From: Candidatus Bathyarchaeum sp.
Lineage (GTDB): Archaea; Thermoproteota; Bathyarchaeia; Bathyarchaeales; Bathyarchaeaceae
NCBI GenBank assembly: GCA_026014495.1
Contig: JAOZIF010000153.1
Span: forward strand, 9,681 to 33,458
DNA: 23,778 nucleotides
Direction of reading: 5' to 3'
Shown: one piece after another, positions 19,496 through 23,778 of the stretch
Layout of the letters: the number at the start of each line of letters is the position of its first letter
Position numbering within the stretch: the first letter of the stretch is position 1
Notes under the pieces: generated by a model
What the model was told of the DNA's origin: nothing
Seen by the model: only the letters and a program-made list of their open reading frames with translations
Databases searched by the model: none
Translations under genes and position numbers: made by a program

Positions 19496-20563
19496 ATGAT
19501 GGTGTATGATATGGTAACGAGCGCTGCAGAAAATCAAGAATTGTTATCAAAAGTAGATGATGTAGCAGCTGAACTACGTGATTTACTTGAAAAATCTGTT
19601 AAGAAAAACCTGACAAAAGATATGCTATTCTCAGGAGGCATAGATACAAGCATCCTAGCAACCATAGTAACAAAGGATGTACGCATCAGAGGATTCACAT
19701 GTGCATTCAAAGAAGCAAATGCATTGGATATTAAATATGCCAAACTGATGGCTAAACGCCTTAACATTGAACATTACATGAATCCATTTGGTGAAAAAGA
19801 AGTCTATGAAGCCATCCCAGATGTGGTCAAAGTTTTGGACTCTTTTGACCCTATGGAGGTCAGAAACAGCATAACCATCAACATTGGATTAAGGTTTGCC
19901 AAAACTTACGGTTCAACCAAACTAATCACTGGAGACGGAGCTGACGAACTCTTTGCAGGATATCACATGTATTACAAGCATGTTGGAAACAAGGAAAAAT
20001 TAACCGCCATGCTCAAAAAGATGTGGAGCATAATGGCGTTTTCAGCGGGTACTCTAGGCAAAAATCTAGGCATTGAAGTTAAGCAGCCATTCTTGGACCC
20101 AGAGGTTCAAAAGTTTGCAATGACAATGGACCCCAGATATAATGTCCAAGAAGAGAGGGGCGAAGTTTGGGGTAAATGGATTTTGCGCAAAGCTTACGAG
20201 GATGTTCTTCCGCCAGAGGTCAGATGGAGAGACAAGAACCCCATTGAGGTTGGTTCAGGCACAACGATTCTTCCTAGATACTTGGCAAAGAAAATCTCTG
20301 ATTCAGATTTTGCAGCTAAAAAGAAGAAGATTCTAGAAACAGACAATGTTACCATCCGCGACAAAGAACAGCTCATCTACTACGAAGCATACAGAGAAGC
20401 TGTAGGTGTACCCCATGCTAAAGACCCTGACGCACGAACATGCCCACAATGCAACTCTAACGTTGCTGACAACGCTGTTGTGTGCAGAACTTGTGGAGCA
20501 TATCCAATTGCAGCAGGCGGCAGGTCAATAACCAACGAAAACGCTTACGCTGACGACAAATAA
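19496..20563 (+). CDS. Asparagine-synthetase-like ATP-dependent amide ligase lacking the glutaminase domain, with C-terminal Zn ribbon
   Basis: PP-loop FSGGIDTS, TGDGADELFAGY, PFLD, GKWILRKA...GSG; C-terminal CPQC...CRTC; no N-terminal Ntn-GATase. Confidence 0.82.
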   Translation: MMVYDMVTSAAENQELLSKVDDVAAELRDLLEKSVKKNLTKDMLFSGGIDTSILATIVTKDVRIRGFTCAFKEANALDIKYAKLMAKRLNIEHYMNPFGEKEVYEAIPDVVKVLDSFDPMEVRNSITINIGLRFAKTYGSTKLITGDGADELFAGYHMYYKHVGNKEKLTAMLKKMWSIMAFSAGTLGKNLGIEVKQPFLDPEVQKFAMTMDPRYNVQEERGEVWGKWILRKAYEDVLPPEVRWRDKNPIEVGSGTTILPRYLAKKISDSDFAAKKKKILETDNVTIRDKEQLIYYEAYREAVGVPHAKDPDARTCPQCNSNVADNAVVCRTCGAYPIAAGGRSITNENAYADDK

Positions 20564-20596
20564 GCACGGGCACACTTTTTGTGTCATAACATCATC

Positions 20597-20627
20597 TGTG
20601 GATATTATTCCACATCTTCTTTTTTTG
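20597..20627 (+). terminator. Hairpin plus T-tract after the AsnB-like gene
   Basis: TGTGGA-tattat-TCCACA (20597-20614) followed by TCTTCTTTTTTTG. Confidence 0.5.
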
Positions 20628-20703
20628 TTCGTCTTTTTCAGGAAATGTTTAAAGGCAATAATAGTCTGCAAAGTTTGCTGTCTTTACATCGAGGCGGAGT
20701 AGT

Positions 20704-21735
20704 GTGGTAGCAAAAGATTGGATTCCTAGAGACGGTGAAACTCTTCTCACTAAAGAGGGATTTATTTTCTATGTTTTTGGGTATGAGCACCCAGAGAATC
20801 GTGTTTTTGCTTTTCTGAAATACATTCCTTCTAATGTGGCGCATCATTTTCCTATTCGTTTTCTTAAACAGAAATGGAATTTAGAGGATATTGAGCTGTC
20901 CAGACCTGAGAAGTTGTACACAGCCAAGAATTACCAAAAACTAGTTGAAACGTTAAGAAAGAATTTTCCTCATTACCTATATTGCTGCCCATTCAGAGGT
21001 AAAGAGGTTTTGAGCGTTCCATTAGACAAAATAAGAAAAGTGTATCTTCCAGAAGATTGCTTACAAGCGATATTTGAAAAAGAAGACAAAGATGCCATAC
21101 AACGTGAAACAGTGGAGTTGGTTTCTCTTCTCTCAAAAGAGTCCAAAGTGCCCATTGAAGAGTTTGGAATTCATGGGTCTGTTGGCTTAAACATGCACTC
21201 AGAATATTCCGACATAGACCTTGTAGTTTATGGTTCTGAGAACTTTAAGAAGTTGGAAGGTGCAGTTAATCGACTTGCAGATGAATGCGTGTTTACTCAT
21301 GTTTGTACCAAAAAAATCGATTTTGCACGTAAGCATCGGGGGCGTTATAATGATAGGCGTTTTGTGTATAATGCTGTAAAAAAGTATGAAGAGATAGATG
21401 CTCCGCATGGGAAGCTGAAGTATACGCCAGTTAAGAATATTAGTTTTAGTTGTGAAGTTGTCGATGATAACGAGAACATGTTCAGGCCAGCAGTTTATCC
21501 GATTAAGAATTATCAGCCAGACGATTCTGCCTCCGAACTAGCTGAGGAGCAGGTTCCAGCAAGAGTGGTGTCTATGATTGGGTATTATAGGAATGTTGCT
21601 CGAGTTGGTGATGTTGTTAAGGTTTCGGGGACTTTGGAGCGTGTTGAGAATGTTGAGTCTGGTGAGGTTTGCTATCAGGTTGTTGTGGGCACGGCTACAC
21701 GCGAAAAGGAGTATATTGAGCCTGTTTGCGGTTGA
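20704..21735 (+). CDS. Pol-beta superfamily nucleotidyltransferase (COG1665-like), paralog 2
   Basis: RDGE...EGFIF..G..HP; FGIHGSVG...SDIDLVVYG; VSGTLERV. Confidence 0.8.
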   Translation: MVAKDWIPRDGETLLTKEGFIFYVFGYEHPENRVFAFLKYIPSNVAHHFPIRFLKQKWNLEDIELSRPEKLYTAKNYQKLVETLRKNFPHYLYCCPFRGKEVLSVPLDKIRKVYLPEDCLQAIFEKEDKDAIQRETVELVSLLSKESKVPIEEFGIHGSVGLNMHSEYSDIDLVVYGSENFKKLEGAVNRLADECVFTHVCTKKIDFARKHRGRYNDRRFVYNAVKKYEEIDAPHGKLKYTPVKNISFSCEVVDDNENMFRPAVYPIKNYQPDDSASELAEEQVPARVVSMIGYYRNVARVGDVVKVSGTLERVENVESGEVCYQVVVGTATREKEYIEPVCG

Positions 21736-21737
21736 GT

Positions 21738-21959
21738 TTTCAGAAAAAAAGCTAGTTTTCAACAATGTACCTCTATTAGTATCCTAATATGCTCAAGATT
21801 TTTGAGGAAATCGTTGCCTTGCGTGAAATTTCTGAAAAAAGCTATTTTTCAACAATATTCTGCTATTAGTCTCCTAATAGGTTCAGAGATTTTGGTGGCA
21901 AAATGTTGTTTTGCACGGAGTTTGTTGAAACAATGAAGTAATATTAGTCGCCTAATATG
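21738..21959 (+). repeat. Three degenerate tandem copies of the ~90-bp repeat
   Basis: TATTAG-N4-CTAATA at 21774-21789, 21864-21879 and 21942-21957, each preceded by ACAAT-N7; the sequences between them also align with each other and with 805-892 (-). Confidence 0.9.
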
Positions 21960-21980
21960 TTGTAGTTGTGGTGTGGTTGG

Positions 21981-23054
21981 TTGAAGCTTCGGGACCGTGA
22001 TGCTATTCTTACAAATGACGGCTTTATTTTTCGGGTTTATGGTTATCTTCATCCGTCAGGCTCGTATGTTTGTGACCCAGAGTATGCGTCGCCACAGGTT
22101 TTTAGGTCAACTAATTCTAGGGCTCGAAGGGGAGAAAATGAGCCACTTTACTACAAGTTTTTTGCAGACGAGGGAATGAAGCTTATTTTGAACAAGTTTC
22201 CGCAGTATACTGTATTTTATGAGCCACTGCAAAAGTGTCTGGTTGGCGTAAACGAGAGTGATGTTGCGCAGGTGCGTAAGCCTGAGGTTGGGTTAGAACA
22301 GGTTCTTGCAAAGGAGCCTTCGGATGCTTTGCTAAAGGCGTTGCATGATTTGTTTGGCCGTGTTTGTTCGCAGTCAGGCTTGAATACAGAAGATTTTGGG
22401 GTGTTTGGTTCGCTGTTGCACGGTTTTTATCATCCAAACTTTTCTGACTTGGATTTTATTGTTTACGGCAAAGAGAATATGACTAAGCTGTGCAACGCAT
22501 TGGAAATTCTTTACCGGGAAGACCCTTCTTTGCGTAACGAGTTTGACCACATGAAGGCTGTTGAGTCCAAAGACTGGAAGTTTGTTAATTACAGTTTGCA
22601 GGAATATGTTTGGCATCAGCGAAGAAAAATGATTTATGCTTACTTTGATTCCAAGGATGCTGGAAGGGTTGTTAAGGCAGAGTTTGAGCCCGTGAAGTGC
22701 TGGGCAGAAAACGTTAATGAATTCAATAATTTTGCGCGGATATCTCATGTAGGCTGGATTAAAGCAGTAGTAGAAATAACTGACGACAAGGATGCGCCGT
22801 TTATTCCGTCGGTTTACCAGATTGAGGTTAAGGACATCCTAAAAGGACCAAAAGTTGAGGGCATCAAACGAATATTTTCGTACATGGAAGAGTTTAGGAT
22901 GCAAGCAAAACAGGGAGAAACTCTGCTTGTTGAAGGAAACCTTGAGAAAGTCGTAGATGGCACCAACATTTACCATCAAATTACATTAAGTTACGGTCCA
23001 CGCTACTACGAACAAACCTTAAAGGTTATCAACCTTTCACAAGTTTCTGACTGA
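21981..23054 (+). CDS. Pol-beta superfamily nucleotidyltransferase (COG1665-like), paralog 3
   Basis: RDRDA...DGFIF..G..HP; FGVFGSLL...SDLDFIVYG; VEGNLEKV. Start placed at TTG 21981 (MKLRDRD) by analogy with the paralogs; the track gives 21966. Confidence 0.8.
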   Translation: MKLRDRDAILTNDGFIFRVYGYLHPSGSYVCDPEYASPQVFRSTNSRARRGENEPLYYKFFADEGMKLILNKFPQYTVFYEPLQKCLVGVNESDVAQVRKPEVGLEQVLAKEPSDALLKALHDLFGRVCSQSGLNTEDFGVFGSLLHGFYHPNFSDLDFIVYGKENMTKLCNALEILYREDPSLRNEFDHMKAVESKDWKFVNYSLQEYVWHQRRKMIYAYFDSKDAGRVVKAEFEPVKCWAENVNEFNNFARISHVGWIKAVVEITDDKDAPFIPSVYQIEVKDILKGPKVEGIKRIFSYMEEFRMQAKQGETLLVEGNLEKVVDGTNIYHQITLSYGPRYYEQTLKVINLSQVSD

Positions 23055-23264
23055 TTACCTAAACTTTTTCGAAGACAACACAACCCTTTGAGGTTTTTTT
23101 CCGAAAAATGGTTTACAAAGAATCATGCCGACTCCAGAAAACTTAACAAGTTCGCGACATAGAAATATAGCTGCATATACGACACGCCCTATTTGACAAA
23201 CACCCACATTTGGGCATAGTGACTTTTGAAGACCCAAGCGATGAAAAGAAAACAACTTTTCCAT
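23055..23264 (-). CDS. Possible small Cys-containing hypothetical protein (69 aa)
   Basis: Fills an otherwise empty gap; its stop directly abuts the paralog-3 stop (TGA|TTA); four Cys; inverted repeat upstream. No recognised homology and no clear SD. Confidence 0.35.
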   Translation of the reverse strand: MEKLFSFHRLGLQKSLCPNVGVCQIGRVVYAAIFLCRELVKFSGVGMILCKPFFGKKPQRVVLSSKKFR

Positions 23265-23290
23265 CTTTTTTGGGTATGAGAAACGTCAAT

Positions 23291-23311
23291 ATTGTATTAT
23301 GAAAATACAAT
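23291..23311. promoter_or_regulatory. Inverted repeat ATTGTATT-N5-AATACAAT
   Basis: Perfect 8-bp arms, 27-47 bp upstream of the 69-aa ORF start; AT-rich context lowers significance. Confidence 0.4.
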
Positions 23312-23346
23312 TATCAGAAAAGAAAGAATTTTTTGCTCTTTTTTCA

Positions 23347-23479
23347 GAAGAACGGGGTTTGCTGAGGCTCATGCACAAATGCATTAGAGGAGAAAAAAAT
23401 GAAAAACAACAAAACAGCTACTACCGCTTAGTTATTTTCACTTTTTGTGCCTGAGCCTTTTCAGCCCCCATTTTTCTTC
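23347..23479. other. Long imperfect inverted repeat / candidate structured RNA enclosing a mini-ORF
   Basis: AGGCTCATGCACAAA (23365-23379) pairs 14/15 with TTTGTGCCTGAGCCT (23444-23458), extended outward by GCTGA/TCAGC, GGGG/CCCC and GAAGAA/TTCTTC. Confidence 0.6.
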
Positions 23480-23492
23480 CGTTAAAGTTTTA

Positions 23493-23512
23493 CTCCCAAA
23501 AAAAGAAGGGAG
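23493..23512 (-). terminator. Hairpin/T-loop terminator of the surface-protein gene
   Basis: CTCCC-ttcttttttt-GGGAG on -, 12 bp after the stop; loop nearly identical to that at 17446-17469. Confidence 0.6.
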
Positions 23513-23524
23513 GGAAAATTTGGT

Positions 23525-23778
23525 TTATTTTCGTTTTCGTAGTGTCCAGAAAGCTGCTACGCCGATAACAGCGGCTACTGCAACAGCCACAAGGATTGCT
23601 ACTTCTGTAGAAATCAGAGCTGTTTCTGCTGTTGGTTGCTCTGTGTCTGGTGTCTCTGTGTCAGGTGTTTCAGTGTCTGGTGTTTCTGTGTCGGGAGTTT
23701 CTGTGTCAGGTGTCTCTGGCTCGATTGGTGTTGAAGCAGAGACAGCAGGATCTACGCCTATCGCTGTTTCTGCGTATG
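23525..23778 (-). CDS. C-terminus of a membrane-anchored surface protein (5' part outside window; not in the ORF track)
   Basis: Manual translation: ...YAETAIGVDPAVSASTPIEP(ETPDT)5EQPTAETALISTEVAILVAVAVAAVIGVAAFWTLRKRK*, i.e. Thr/Pro linker, TM helix and basic tail. It resembles ends of bathyarchaeal beta-propeller surface proteins (recollection, unverified). Confidence 0.85.
   Translation of the reverse strand, partial: YAETAIGVDPAVSASTPIEPETPDTETPDTETPDTETPDTETPDTEQPTAETALISTEVAILVAVAVAAVIGVAAFWTLRKRK
23642..23716 (-). repeat. 5 x 15-bp coding tandem repeat (ETPDT)
   Basis: In-frame units with synonymous third-position variation. Confidence 0.92.

Noticed and set aside
21733-21936. UGA readthrough/selenocysteine extension of NTase paralog 2 (frame stays open 66 codons after the TGA)
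   Set aside because: The open frame is a by-product of the 90-bp repeat period; the 805-892 copy has stops in the equivalent frames; no SECIS is recognised; the protein is already full length.
21738-21959. CRISPR mini-array
   Set aside because: The would-be spacers are homologous to each other and to 861-892, the repeats are degenerate, and no cas genes are present; it is a tandem duplication.
5275-22748. Remaining 60-146 aa antisense or out-of-frame ORFs in the track
   Set aside because: Almost all overlap well-supported genes and show no recognisable motifs.
18548-23264. Lasso-peptide/RiPP cluster (AsnB-like cyclase + protease + NTases + small ORF)
   Set aside because: No RRE/PqqD or transglutaminase-like leader peptidase, the ligase is short for a lasso cyclase, and the small ORF lacks a lasso leader/core pattern.

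Overview
Gene-dense archaeal chromosomal window. The gene mix suggests Candidatus Bathyarchaeia (inference from Ftr, a thaumarchaeosortase-like enzyme, a TackOD1 regulator and COG1665-like paralogs). From left to right it holds: the 3' end of a PEGA/CARDB-type protein; a divergent corrinoid locus (cobN-like on -, cobD and cbiB on +); an exo/archaeosortase; a four-gene minus-strand operon (soluble 11-PAS histidine kinase, single-domain response regulator, REC-Zn-ribbon TackOD1-type regulator, processive GT2 glycan synthase); ftr; three paralogous Pol-beta-type nucleotidyltransferases around a CPBP protease and a glutaminase-less asparagine-synthetase-like ligase; and the 3' end of a membrane-anchored surface protein. 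I see no rRNA, tRNA, transposase, integrase or CRISPR array. Non-coding structure not shown by the ORF track includes two copies of a perfect TGGATGGA-N3-TCCATCCA palindrome at the two cob promoters, a ~90-bp repeat family with a TATTAG-N4-CTAATA core (1 dispersed + 3 tandem copies), an 11-bp-period direct repeat at the kinase promoter, and a ~130-nt long-range hairpin enclosing an SD-led mini-ORF. All calls come from reading motifs by eye; no searches were run.
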